NCBI GenBank assembly: GCA_950097015.1
Contig: CATNEN010000007.1
Coordinates: 6,262,001-6,326,000 of the forward strand
From: Macrostomum hystrix
Taxonomy: Eukaryota; Animalia; Platyhelminthes
Direction: 5' to 3'
DNA length: 64,000 nucleotides
This document shows positions 13,178 to 25,800 of the stretch, piece by piece. Every line of letters starts with the position of its first letter. Within the stretch, counting starts at the first letter, position 1. The notes beneath the pieces were generated by a model that did no database searches, was not told the origin of the DNA, and saw only the letters and a list, made by a program, of their open reading frames with translations. The position numbers were made by a program, and so were the translations under genes.

Positions 13178-16100
13178 TCAAATGTCAATAGTCATCTTCT
13201 TGTGCACGTCCATTGTGCCCACCAGGTCGCAGAATTCGCTGAATGAGATCCGGCCGTCGCCGTCTTTGTCAGCGAAGATGATGGTCTTGTCCACAATCTG
13301 CTGCAGCTGGGCGTCCTTCAGGTTGCTGCCGACCATCATCTTCAACACCTGCAGATGGCAATGACGAGCCAGGTGAGTGCATTGGAATCTATGATAGATT
13401 CGTAAGTAATCCGTAATATATTCGTAATGAGATTTATGAGCATCCCACCATGAGATTTGTGACTATCCCACCATGAGATTTGTGAGCATCCCACCATGAG
13501 ATTTGTGACTATCCCACCATGAGATTTGTGACTATCCCACCATGAGATTTGTGAGCATCCCATCATGACTTTTGTGAGTATCCCACCATGAGATTTGTGA
13601 CTATCCCACCATGAGATTTGTGAGCACCCCACCATGAGATTTGTGAGCATCCCATCATGACTTTTGTGAGTATCCCATGGTTGTCAATTGAATTCGCTGA
13701 CCAATCAATGAGAGTAGCATATTTCTCTCAAAAGCAGTTGGTCAAATAGGGTGTCATTCGCTGCAGCATCAATTCCCTCATCGCAATTAGGCCAAGAAGA
13801 AAGGAGAAGGAAAGCAGGGCCTCTCGACGGGCGCCGGTCAATTTATTTCCGGTGTTGGACAGAGCGTGGGACAAGGCGCCACTCCAGATTCCCAATCACA
13901 CCCGGCTAAATCAGCGCTGAGGGGATCATGGCGGGAGTGGGTCAGCTGGGAGGTTCTTCCTCGTTCGCCTTATTTACAGGAGTCGTATCGAGCCCCGGGG
14001 CAATGATCTCACTAAGCAGCAGCAGCAGCCGGGATGCAGGGTGTTCCCCAAGTCCTCTTCACACAATGGGCTCATTTTATTCCCCTCCAGCCCAGACAGA
14101 CGGGCAGCTGGGTGGAAAATCCGACTCGAGACCGAGGCCGAAGAAGACGAAGAGGAGGAGGAAGGGGCGGGCGGGCTGGTTGACCGCACCGAGAACCTTT
14201 ATCAGCCCGGCAAACTGAAAGAAAGCGCCTTGACGAAAGAACTCTCCCCTCTCTTACCCCCCCACCCGTGAGCAGCCCAATTTATTTCCCCCCGCCTCCC
14301 AGTTGGGTGCTCGGCAGAGAGGGAGCGACCGTGAGATATGTGCGACTCGCGACTCAAAAGTCCCGCGCCGGCCGAGAACCTGCTCAAACTCAAACGGGCG
14401 GGGGCGAAGCACACGAGGCAGGGGATGGAGGAGAGAAGGCCGGCCTGACAAGAGATGGTCACGCAGCGACTGTCAAGCGGAGAATCGGGGGGGGGTAACC
14501 CAGCTGTCCCTAATCCTGTTATCAGTTCCAGGAAGGACTGTCCCGGCTATAGTGTCGATTGATGCTGCTCCGCAAGCTGCGTCACTCTGGAGGCCTGCTG
14601 CTGCTGAGCTCAATTCGAACTCTGCCCGAAAGTCTGGAGTAACAATGGCTGAGCATTTTAATTAATGTAATTAACGCTTCATTGATAAATTTAGGCAATA
14701 TTTAACCTGACTGAGCGAGAGACTCAAAGTCAGGTAAACTTAGATCGAGAGTTGCAGAAAGGATCGAACGTAAAAAGAGTTACAGAAAAATAGTTACAGT
14801 GAGTGACAGTGAGTGGCAGAGTGACAGAGAGTGAAAGAGAGTGACAGAGAGTGACAGAGTGAAAATGAGTGACAAAGAGTGATACAGGGTGACAGAGAGT
14901 GACAGAGAGTGACAGAAAGTAACAGAGAGTGAAAGATTGAGACACTGAGTGACAGAGAGTGACAGAGAGTGACAGAGAGTGACAGAGAGTGACAGAGAGT
15001 GACAGAGAGTGACAGAGAGTGACAGAGAGTGACAGAGAGTGACAGAGAGTGACAGAGAGTGACAGAGAGTGACAGAGAGTGACAGAGAGTGACAGAGAGT
15101 GACAGAGAGTGACAGAGAGTGACAGAGAGTGACAGAGAGTGACAGAGAGTGACAGAGAGTGACAGAGAGTGACAGAGAGTGACAGAGAGTGACAGAGAGT
15201 GACAGAGAGTGACAGAGAGTGACAGAGAGTGACAGAGAGTGACAGAGAGTGACAGAGAGTGACAGAGTGACAGAGATGCAGATAACAGCTTGGGCTCGTC
15301 AGCCAAGGCCAGTCGGTGCTGCTCGCACACCTGAAACAACTCGCCATTGCTGATGTATCCGTCCTTGTCCATATCGTAGATCCGGAAGGCGAAGCGCAGT
15401 TTTGAGTCTTTGTCGCCTCGCACGGAGAACTGAGACATGCCTGCAATGGGAGCCGTGGGTGCAGAGGGATGCGAATTGAGCCGAATAGCTGAGTACAGAG
15501 AAAGTTGAGAAGGCCAGCAGTGAGTATCCAGGCGGGTAGCTGATGGGCCAGCTTAGGCCTGAGTCCCCTCACTCCCTGATGAATTGAGTGTAAGAGGTAT
15601 CATCAGCAGCGGGAGAGACGGGGAGGAAGTTTCCAAGACACAGCCGGGGCAGGCAAAATATAAGTAGCTGGGAGGGATAAATAAGAAAGCATCGACTTGA
15701 GCACAGGCTGGGGGGAAGAGAGGGAGAGAGGAGTGATGCAAAGGAGGGGAACAGAAAAACCAGGATTTGAGCAGGATGTGCAAACCGAATCTGTCTCCGG
15801 GGAGGGGTACACGAGGTAAATTCTCACTCGTTTTCTTCCCTTCTCCAAGCCGTCCTCAGCTCACTTTATCGCCTGGGTTCCCGCAACCCCCCCTCGGCCG
15901 GAAACAACAGGACTTCAAATCCCGAAGGGCCGGTGTCCGTAGGAAGGCAATTAGCGCTGCATATAGAGGGCAGCCGCGTTGGAGCTTTGAAAAAAACCCA
16001 ATGGATCAGCGGTCCTTTCGCAATGTCCTAGCAATTAATGAATGCGCCCACAAGGTGTCAGCTTGCGCTACACCGCTCCGACAGGGTTTAGACTTGAGAT

Positions 16101-18934
16101 GTGAGTAATTGATGAGGCTGGCTAGCTAAGAGCAAAGTTTTGCGAGTTTTTTTATGACAAAATCGATATATCGACACTCCGCTGGGTGTTGACAATCAGT
16201 TCGTTTGCTTACTGTTTGGCTGACGCAAATGCAGATGGTTAGACGTGAAATGTCTTATGATTCTGTACTGCATTGCCTTCTTCATTTGCAGCCTGCGTGT
16301 GTTGGTCAGCCAGCAAGCCAGTTCTCACTGATTGGTCTGTCTGGCCTCTGGCAGAGCTCCTCCCACATTTTGTACCCCGGGCCCTGAGCCGATTGGCTGT
16401 CAATTTTCCTCCTCTCTCTCGCTATTTCTGTCAGCCCTGCTTGGCTGTGCCCCACCCCACACCATATCTCGCTGGTGGGCCTTTTTGGCCTATGGCAGAG
16501 CTCCCCCCACATTTGTGCCCCGGGCCCGAAGCCGATTGGCTGGCTCTTTTTGCCTTCTCTCTGTATGGCTTTGCTCCAACCTTTGTATCAATCAGTTCTA
16601 CCAGTCTGTGCCAGCCAGTCCTTACCCCCCGTTCCGTGCGCGGATTGGCTGGGGGCTTAGTTCACTGTCTCTCTCACTCGACATCTGCCCCTCCCCGTGA
16701 CATCATTTAGGCTGCAATCTCTGCTCTGCTGGCCGGATACTGAACCAACCAGAGGCTCTCGGATTCTAACTAATCTATCGTTGTGACTGAACGGATCAAG
16801 TTCTTTCTCTTCTTCACAGCTATAACAAACACATGCGAATTTCAACCAAGATGTTTGAGAATTAGAGAGAACAACAATTAGAGCAAACAGTCGGAATCAC
16901 AGTTCAAACTTTGCCGCAATAATCCAAGCTTGCCCGTCTGCCCTGCTTCTAAAAGCAAACATTCCAGCAGTTTAGCGAGCTGTTAGGACTGGGAATCGAG
17001 ACTGGGCCAACTTGATGAAGGGGCCGCTTGAAGTCAAACAGTCCAGCAATGTTTGCCTTGCTTTTCGGCGGCAGCAAATTTGCAGCAACCGTGAGAACGG
17101 CAAGGCAACTCAAAGCTCAAAGCTGTACGGATTGGACAAATGAAAGAAATAGAATTTACGAAGGTGAAAAATTGCCGTATAGAAAAGGCTTAAAAAGTCG
17201 TTTCTCCCGAATAGCCTACAGCTTAGCAATGTGAAGGGATTTAAGAATCTATAGGACAGGCTAAATAATATTTTTGGGCCGACGAAAATCTTCCTCAGTC
17301 GTTCAAGATCCCCTCGACGCATTGTGATCTATTTTGACATGCGAGACTTGTGATTAAAAATAATTACTCCAAGAGTGTAAAAATAGGCCAGGATTTCAGT
17401 ATTTCAGTAGCTCAGAATCTTCATAGCTCAGAATCTTCATGGCTCAGAATCTTCATGGCTCAGAATCTTCATGACTCAGAATCTTCATGGCTCAGAATCT
17501 TCAATAGCTCAGAATCTTCATAGCTCAGAATCTTCATAGCTCAGAATCTTCATGGCTCAGAATCTTCATAGCTCAGAATCTTCATAGCTCAGAATCTTCA
17601 TGGCTCAGAATCTTCATAGCTCAGAATCTTCATGGCTCAGAATCTTCATAGCTCAGAATCTTCATAGCTCAGAATCTTCATGACTCAGAATCTTCATGGC
17701 TCAGAATCTTCATGGCTCAGAATCTTCATGGCTCAGAATCTTCATGGCTCAGAATCTTCATAGCTCAGAATCTTCATAGCTCAGAATCTTCATGGCTCAG
17801 AATCTTCATGACTCAGAATCTTCATGGCTCAGAATCTTCAATAGCTCAGAATCTTCATGACTCAGAATCTTCATAGCTCAGAATCTTCATGGCTCAGAAT
17901 CTTCATAGCTCAGAATCTTCATAGCTCAGAATCTTCATGGCTCAGAATCTTCATGGCTCAGAATCTTCATAGCTCAGAATCTTCATGACTCAGAATCTTC
18001 ATGGCTCAGAATCTTCATGACTCAGAATCTTCATGGCTCAGAATCTTCATGGCTCAGAATCTTCATGACTCAGAATCTTCATGGCTCAGAATCTTCATGA
18101 CTCAGAATCTTCATGGCTCAGAATCTTCATAAGCTTACGACTACGAAGTACAAAGCATACATAGGGATAGAAGTGGATTTCTCTCGTATATCCTAGCTCG
18201 TATGTTCCTTGAGTGCGCCTTTATACATCCGCCTTCCTAAGTAAGCTTTTACCAATAAAAAACTGACGCCTTTGATGTCGGGAGAAATCTTTTGAAATCT
18301 GAGAGCCCCCAGTGCCCAGATTGAGTCCGACTTCAAGGGATTTCAGGGATCTAGTCGACAAGAGATAGGGAAGGAGAGCCACTGGAAATTGTCCCAGGGA
18401 TGATGAAGTGCCAGAGACAGGCAGGGCGGAAATGAAAGGGGAGACCTGAGAATAGGGGTTGGTGTGAATCTCGAGAGAGAGACGAGACAGCAGCGTCTCT
18501 TCAGAGAAGATAAGGAGAGGCGAGACACTAAACAGTCGGCAAACTTTCTTCTAAGGACTGCTCCTATACTTAGCGAAGCATAACGGGAAGTGACAGGCCT
18601 TCAAGAATTTGCAGCCTTCATAGTCCCGCATGGCATAGTTTGCCTAAGTGGAATGGCATTCAATTTAGCAAATCATTTTCGCAGCAAAGTATAGAGTTAG
18701 CGAACCTTCAATGAACTCCTTGAAGTCGACCTCGCCGTTCTGGTCGGTGTCGAAGATGTCGATGACCCTCTGCACTAGCGGGTTCTGCTGCAGCTCCGGT
18801 AGGCGCAGGAATTCGTCCACGCTGAGGGCGCCGCTGCCGTCCAGGTCGATCTTCTTGAACCGCTTGCCCAGTCGGCGAATCTCTTCGGTGTCAAAGTGGG
18901 CGCATAGCTCTGGCAGTGAGACCTCGTTTCCCAT
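13178..18934 (-). CDS. PPP3R1: Calcineurin subunit B (PP2B regulatory subunit), 169 aa; exons 18934-18706, 15440-15331, 13348-13178
   Basis: MGNE myristoylation start, four EF hands ([52 protein letters not shown]), [23 protein letters not shown]; splice phases consistent. Confidence 0.96.
13425..13678. repeat. 23-bp minisatellite (TCCCACCATGAGATTTGTGAGCA/ACTA), ~11 copies, calcineurin B intron 2
   Basis: Tandem periodicity; ends ~80 nt from the acceptor. Confidence 0.93.
14800..15274. repeat. 10-bp minisatellite (GAGTGACAGA)n, calcineurin B intron 2
   Basis: Perfect from ~14947 to 15266, degenerate leftwards; starts ~55 nt after the donor. Confidence 0.97.
16341..16543. repeat. Imperfect ~60-bp direct repeat pair (16341-16400, 16485-16543) in a probable TE fragment
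   Basis: GGCAGAGCTCC..CCACATT..CCCCGGGCCC..GCCGATTGGCTG occurs twice. Confidence 0.65.
17408..18131. repeat. 16-bp minisatellite (GCTCAGAATCTTCATR), ~45 copies, calcineurin B intron 1
   Basis: Tandem periodicity with ATAG/ATGG/ATGA junction variants. Confidence 0.97.
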
Positions 18935-19656
18935 TCCTGCTAGCTGCAATGGATAATTTGAAGGTGCCGCAAAATTTCAAGAGGAGTGAATAGCGCAGGG
19001 CACTGCTGGGCTCTAAAGCTCAATTTGAACTGCTCAAGCTTTTACATAGGGGCGAGCCAATGGCTGAGTAGAGTAAAAATTGCCGTGACATTGCTGTCAG
19101 CCAATAGGGAAGGGCATCCTCTAGACTGTCGTGACAAAAGCTCTTCTAGTCACACTGCTTCTTATTATAGTCAACAAGGCTTTAAATTGCTTGGTTTTGC
19201 CTCCATCTTAATCACCTTTCATTTTAGCATTTTATCTTTAATTGAAAACATTTTCTGGTATTTGCTTTCATTAATAGTAGAATGACTTAGGGTGTATTTC
19301 AAATACCCTAATTATTCATTTTCTGTATCTGTACCAAATTATTCAACCAATCGCCATGCAAAGCATGAACACGGACTATTTTTTTCGCTCTATCCGATCA
19401 AAAAACTTCAAGAACAACAAAACATCGGCATCGTCGAGATATTCAACGATTTTCGTCTGGGGGTCTGATGGCAAAACCACCAATATTTAAGCATAATGTT
19501 TCTGATCACAAAATTTCATCATCTAGCTGATTATACTCTTCATTATTATATTTAAGGTACCCATGGATGGATTCGCCATTAAGGCTTATGCAGAGCAATG
19601 TTAGCTGGCCTTGTCACCAGGGTCTTCGATGAGAATCGATGAATATCTCGACGATA

Positions 19657-20021
19657 ATAATAATAATAATAATAATTGCAGGAGGGCTGCGGGCAATGGC
19701 ACATCATTAACTAACACCCACAGCCAGCGAGGAGGCAATTCTGCCCATTTCGCTGACTCCTGAGCACACACGCACACAGATACTGTACGCAGGCACACGC
19801 TCACACAGGTGTGTACATCTGCCCTGACTTTCTCATCGTCAGGCAGTGTACACTTCGCTGTGCCTTGGAGGTTGGCCCTCAAGGGCGTAAATTGCACGAC
19901 AAGCCCCCAAGCTTTCTCTCCGCGGCTGCGCCCCAAATAAATGTGGCCTCGCCGCGGAATCGAACTTAGGGTTCGTGGTGCGAGAGGCAAACGCGTTAAC
20001 CGCTCTGCCACCGACCCACCC
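19657..20021 (-). mobile_element. tRNA-derived SINE (family 1), full length, (TTA)n tail, 13-bp TSD
   Basis: Pol III A box TGGCAGAGCGG and B box GTTCGATTCC on the minus strand; TSD TATCTCGACGATA at 19644-19656 and 20022-20034. Confidence 0.9.
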
Positions 20022-23000
20022 TATCTCGACGATACTGACGTCGGACGACTTTGAAAGTTAGTTCAACGTTTACGAAACTTTACGATCTGTCATTCGGTTC
20101 TTGGAGCAAATCATTTGCTCCAAGATCATTTGCTCCACTGCTATCGTGAAGTAGGCAGTGGGTATTTGAATTACCTCAGGGTCTTCCCCAGGGGGAAGAG
20201 ATGCGTACGGGCAACTGTTAAGAGATACGCATGTGCATTCAAGAATGTGCTTACAACTGAGGTTTTAGGACAGTTGTTAGAGCTTTGTAGTTCAGAATCT
20301 CAGCCCAAGAGAAAAATAATTTGTACCATTGAGCAAAGCACTGAATTATCATATTTCAGTTTATCCAGCTGTGAATTCGCTAGAAATGCATAGCGTTCAC
20401 TGGGGTAGAAATTTTGCTGGAGCAGTACATGAACAGAACAGATGCCTTTGGAGGCTGCGAATGTGACCCAACTAATAATGAATTTTTTCCTATTTATGCA
20501 TCCATATACCAACATATAATTGATAGTATGTTGTTAAGTATAAGTTATAAAACATATATTATAAATATAAAACATATGAAACATATAAAAATTTATTAGA
20601 AAACATAATATAATAAAGTATTTTAATAATTGCAAAATTTAATCACACTTTTTCAGTCAAAGAGTCAGCTAGAAAAGGGGATACATATGTAAATGAATGA
20701 GACTTTAATTAATCTCAACAAATCTCGATTGCAAACAGCTACAATGAACAGCAGACAACGTATTTATTATATATTATTTATTAACGTAATAATTTAATGC
20801 AAAGAACTTCTCAAGCAATAGCACTTTAGGTATCCGCATATATTCTGCAACTTTTTATTTGGGAAATATAGCTACAAAGTACAACTATATACACAAAGAA
20901 GTTCAATTGAAAGCAAACAACTGTTAATGAGAAAACTTGAGATAAATTAAACCTTGACGTGCTGATATATTGTTTCGGAAAAAGTAAAGATTTATTTTAA
21001 TGATAAATTTAGCATTGGGTACATTTAACATGTATACACAATAGCGAATAGGGCTCTAAAGTGTTCTTTAGTTCTATTTCTAATGTTTAAAATTCTCCCA
21101 TTCAATTATAAGAATATAATTTTCAATTGTAAGAAAAGTGACACATAACTAATACACGAACTTCTACCTAATTTATAGTGTAAAGTGCTGCTAATAAAAA
21201 TATATAAAACATACAATTTAATATGTTACTTGATGCTAGCACTTAGGTAAGAATAGAATAGGTTTTTCTATTTTTATTACAAACAAACAAATAAAGATTC
21301 AATTTTGTTTACTTATGTGTGTAAGGCAGTGAGTTTCAGTGTATAGTATAAACAAAAAATAAACTTTAAAACACTTTTTTAATATAAATTATAAATTTCA
21401 TTTACAATACTTCAAATAGTTAAGTTTTTAAATGTGCTCCTAAGTAAACTAGATTTTCTGTCTATTAAATCCAAACCATAGCGGAAAATTTAGCAAAGAA
21501 TTATAAAGGGATCAGAAGCTTAAATAAAAAATATATAATGATTATTTTTATGCATATGAACGCAATGCAGTTCTAAGAATTACAAAAAACGAAATCACAC
21601 AAGTATTGTACTATCACGCAAATTTAAACAAAAAAGCTATGATACGTAGACAGATTTAGATACTTTTTATTTACAACTATCGTTTTTCCCCTTTATCGGA
21701 TAAAAAATATAAAAGTACCTGCATGCAATACTTTTAGTTTTTTTAAGTACTACATAACATACTTGACTTGTTGCATGACTATGGTAATTATTTTCTCAAC
21801 GTTGTGCTATTTTTGTAGTGTTAGCTAATAATAGCTCTCGCCATTTTTTTGTTGATTACTTCACAAGCAACGCTTTTTTGTCCGAGCTACACACGGAAAA
21901 TTCTATTAATACTTGAAACAACAATATTCTTGAGGATATTCTATTAAATTTCAAATTGTTAAGCTACATTTCTGTAGCTAACTCTAGGTATTCTTCACTT
22001 TCAAGTACGAGTACAGGAAAGCTGAACACTAAAATTATGAAAGAGAAAAGTTAGAAAATAAAATACGATTACTTCTCGTTAACATAATTAATTTAAAAAA
22101 TGTCTACTAAATCAAACGGAAGTCATTCTGAAACGCATTCCTATAACCCCCACTAGAATAAGATCGATTAACAAATGCCTTTCGATTTTTGCCAAAAGCT
22201 TTCTTTCTCTTCTGCATTAAATAACACGACCTCAATCCAAAAGCTAGAAAATCAAATAAGCTGAGCCTAATTTATAACAGTCCTACAAATTACCAAACGG
22301 CAGATAAAATCTGCGTTTAAGAGCTATAGCTGCCTTTTCCATTTGCTGAAGCTTTTTTTGCAGAATCTTTAGCGTTTAAAGGTGTGCAGCAGATGTGTGA
22401 CTCTTTCCTGATGGCAGCAGTTTGTCTGCTCCTCGCGGTAATCATCGGGCTCTTCACTTTCTTCGAAGAGAGAAAGCGAGAGTGAATCGACGCCAGGCTA
22501 TTGCGCACATTCTAGGAATTCCTGGCATGACAAAGGACGTCCCAATTGCCGGAATGGCATGCTTCAATTTAGCCCAGGACTGCTATTGGAATAGAAATAA
22601 TCCGTGGGCATCCGCAGCTCGCTGCTGCCGTGCCGCCACCGCCCGCCTCTTAAAGCTGGCCAAACCGCACGGATCTCACGGAATCTCCGGGTGGAGAAAA
22701 GAAGAAGTCAAACTGCGTCAGCAATTTCTTCCGCTCTCCCCCCTTGCGCCAGCCGCTACCGGCTGAAAGGCATTCTCGCCCGCAGTCACCTTCCCCCACA
22801 TTTGTTGTTTGGTTTCCCTTTCTCTTTTTGAAAGTCCTTCTTCTCTGCGGTGGACTGGGGTGAGGCGCGGGCCGGGGCGGGGCAGCGCGACCAAAGCAGG
22901 AATGCGAAGGAATTTGTCAGTCAGGCTGCGCTCTTCGCTCCGGAATTCCTCAGAACGGATATAGAAGAGAGTGCAGCAGGGCCAACTGCCGCTGCCTCCA

Positions 23001-23350
23001 CCGGCTGCGCAGCCAGGTCCTATCCACTTCGCCATCCACTTCCAAGTGTACCTTCAAAGGCATCCCCGGCATTGAGCTTGAAGCCGTCAGCCTCCTCAGT
23101 TTCCAATCAGTGGCCTATAGGGAGAGAAGGCTTGGTGCTTTCCTCCCTGCGATTGGGGCAGCGCGGAGAAGCATGCTGGAATTTATCGGCAGCAGAAACT
23201 CGCGCAGCTCTTCTCCGCTGGCAGTGTGAATTTCGCAGCCTTTGGCTCGTTTCGGGACTTAATACTTCAAGGCTGAAACTGGTCTGCCACTGAAATACGC
23301 TCGCTGCTGTTTTAAAGGCTAGCAGCATTTGATTCTGTAAAAATCTAAAG

Positions 23351-24103
23351 ATTCAGCCAGGCACAGTATCAGAGAGAATACTGGTGAGTTGAACATAAGC
23401 CCTCCAGCAGTCCGTCTCAGATTCAGTCCGTAGCGATCAGTCCCTAGAATACGCTCCTTTCAAATACCTGCACTAACAATGATCCTTACTCCTTAAAGTT
23501 CCGCGCCTAATCAACCCTGTCGTCGCCACCGCAACCACCCAGGCCACTCAATCGTCAAACAGCAATGGCAGCGGTGGCGCCCAACGCCGACGCCAGCTAC
23601 GTGTCCGCGTTCGCCCGCTGTACCCGGTTACAGTGCCGCTGCGAGAGCGCCGGCTTCCCGCCAGCTTCTGGACCCATCCAAACCGACGGCCGCCTGCAGA
23701 ATTTTTGTCGCGATCAGCACCAGGTCCCTCATCGTCTTCTCCTTCGTCTCTCACAGCCCTTACAGCGTCCTGGGCTGCAGCCGCAGCGGCGGCAGCAGCA
23801 AAGATGCCACCTCCACCTCCAGCGCCACCGCCGCTACCACCACCCTCGCTCGTGAAACCGCTTCCTGCGTCGACTACCCTGACTCCATCGACACTGCCAC
23901 CGCCACTCTCGCAGGCGTCAGCATACTCGCCATCTGCCGCTGCGGCTGCCGTTGCGGCTGCAGCCCAGGCCGCAGCCGCTGCAGCCGCAGTTTCGCCACC
24001 GACAACGCCGAATGTTGGAGGAGTTGGAAGGGCACTGTTCGACGAAGACAGACAAGCTTTTGCGCGCTGGTCGGCTGCCGTGCAGTCGGGCAGATTTTAC
24101 TGA
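23351..24103 (+). CDS. Pro/Ala-rich protein with an LRERRLPASFWTHP motif (YAP/VGLL/FAM181-type omega-loop); exons 23351-23383, 23499-24103; start exon not located
   Basis: Frame is open from acceptor 23498 to stop 24103; a phase-1 micro-exon upstream joins in frame; motif matches RxLPxSFW/F. Confidence 0.6.
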
Positions 24104-25222
24104 ACAGAGCGTTGTAGCACAGTATTTCGTCTTAATTAGTCTTCGAGACAACTAGTCGTTGATTTTACCTATACTAAAATTAAAAAAGAAATGTTAAAAA
24201 TGTTGCTTACATTGTATATTACGCTCGATCGTAACATGCGTAGTTACGATGTATGTAGGATTTCCTAATGAGAACCGTGTACAGGTACATTTGTGAATTC
24301 AAAACTTTGCTGAAGCAGCTTTTCCTCATTCTCAACCGTTCTGTTTAACTTTTGCTCGCGCCATTGCCAATAAAAACGTAGCCGAGAGATCGGCAAAGCT
24401 TTCTGTGGAACTGAAAATCTAGGAATTAATCCACGATAATCAGCGCACCTCGACCTAAATCAGATAGCAATTTGTGTCTGGGAACAGCAGACTCGCTGAA
24501 GGTTTAACTATGATTTCGAATCAAAGTCTGCAATTCTTCCAGTGTCGATTAAATAGACTATTGACCCCTTCCAACAAGCACCGACCCAAACGCTTTACCT
24601 TCGTCTTTCTGGCGCGCTTTTCGCTCCCTCAAATTGCACAAGTAGGGCCATTTCTAAGTGCATCTCGACCTGATAGGTCCAACACAGGCCTACACTAACT
24701 CCAGACTATCAAAAGTCAAGGGCTACGTAACTATATACACTGTATAAAATTCCTACTGGTCCTTGTCAAAATTCTGGTGGCAATGTGCCTGGCCTCTCTT
24801 TGAGCGGCATGTGGAGACGCTCAGGGTCTAAGATTGATCGACTGTACTTTCCCGCGTCACCCATGGCAGCAGCGGCGAAAGAAACAAAGCTCGGAATACA
24901 TTGCGGCAAAATGCTTTCATCTTTAGTCCAGCCAGTCGATCGCGGGACAGCGCGCCGTCTGCTTTGCGTCTGGCCGCATTCAAATGCGATTCCTCAACGC
25001 ATCAATCTCTCTCTCCACTTTCATGCCGTACGTTCGAATGATGCATCGCCGCTTCGCCAAAAAACCGTCGTTCATTATTCTGTCCATAGTTTGCACCTTC
25101 TCTATGAATAAAGCGCCGCAAAATGTCTGCCGAAAAATATTGGCACTGATCATGACAGTTTAGGCTTAAGCTATCCTTTCAGGGCGATGAGTTCATCTAA
25201 TTATACGAGTAGATAAGAGAAA

Positions 25223-25800
25223 ATGTTTTATGTTCGCCTTGGTTCATGCGAGAAATTTAATCCAGATTTCCCCAGTTTTTCCCGCGCGAGTATGGGCCAC
25301 CTGAACCTGCTGACGGCGAGAGCCGGCCCAGAAGGTGACATGGTTCTCGTCGACCTCCAGAAGATGAGTAATGCGCTCCCTGGCGGTGGCAATGATGGTG
25401 CTGGTCTCATTCTGCGGCTCTTTTGGCTTTGCGTCCACCATCTCGTTTGCAAGCACACTGGAGTGGCCAGGGACCCATTGCAGGGTGGGGTTCAAGCTCT
25501 TGGCCGCACGGATTGAGCATTCGTTTGACCTCCGTGAGCAGAGGGTTTACGGTTGGCCTGTCAGCGGCGAGCGCAGCACTGGAACTCTGGCTGTCGGTAA
25601 GGATGGTCGCGAAATACTATCTTTCAGCGCGAGCTGTATGGCAATGAGCTCGGCCTCATCAGCGTTAAACCAGCGTCCAGCTGGTGCATGCCCCTGGCGG
25701 GAGGCGGTTCTTTTGCCACTGTCTCCAAGATCCAGGCTACACCTCCATTTTCGACTCCACCGGACACCGAGCCATCGGTGAAGCAGAGACAGGCTACCAG
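25223..25800 (-). mobile_element. Degenerate RNase H domain of a non-LTR retrotransposon (I/Ingi/R1 group)
   Basis: DGSV..GGVAW, EAELIAIQLAL, LTDSQSS and LQWVPGHSSVLANEMVD motifs, disrupted by frameshifts/stops; the remnant may extend to ~26450. Confidence 0.75.

Noticed and set aside
13790-14580. GC-rich insert in calcineurin B intron 2 as a nested gene
   Set aside because: Only short low-complexity ORFs; more likely an unidentified repeat fragment.
14730-15330. Repetitive ORF extensions (SLSVTLCH)n; likewise ORFs at 32673-33410, 35607-35889, 42460-43122, 46211-46691
   Set aside because: Read-through of stop-free intronic or intergenic arrays; real exons end at identifiable splice sites.
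15565-15606. HDV-like ribozyme
   Set aside because: No room for P3/L3 or P4/J4-2.
19820-19845. Hammerhead-like CUGACGA..GAAA on the SINE minus strand; CUGAUGG in the 41-mer array
   Set aside because: No stems II/III can form in the first, and the second lacks the CUGANGA/GAAA core.
19940-20021. tRNA genes here and at 38235-38305
   Set aside because: A/B boxes are SINE heads with a body, tail and TSDs; no proper cloverleaf.
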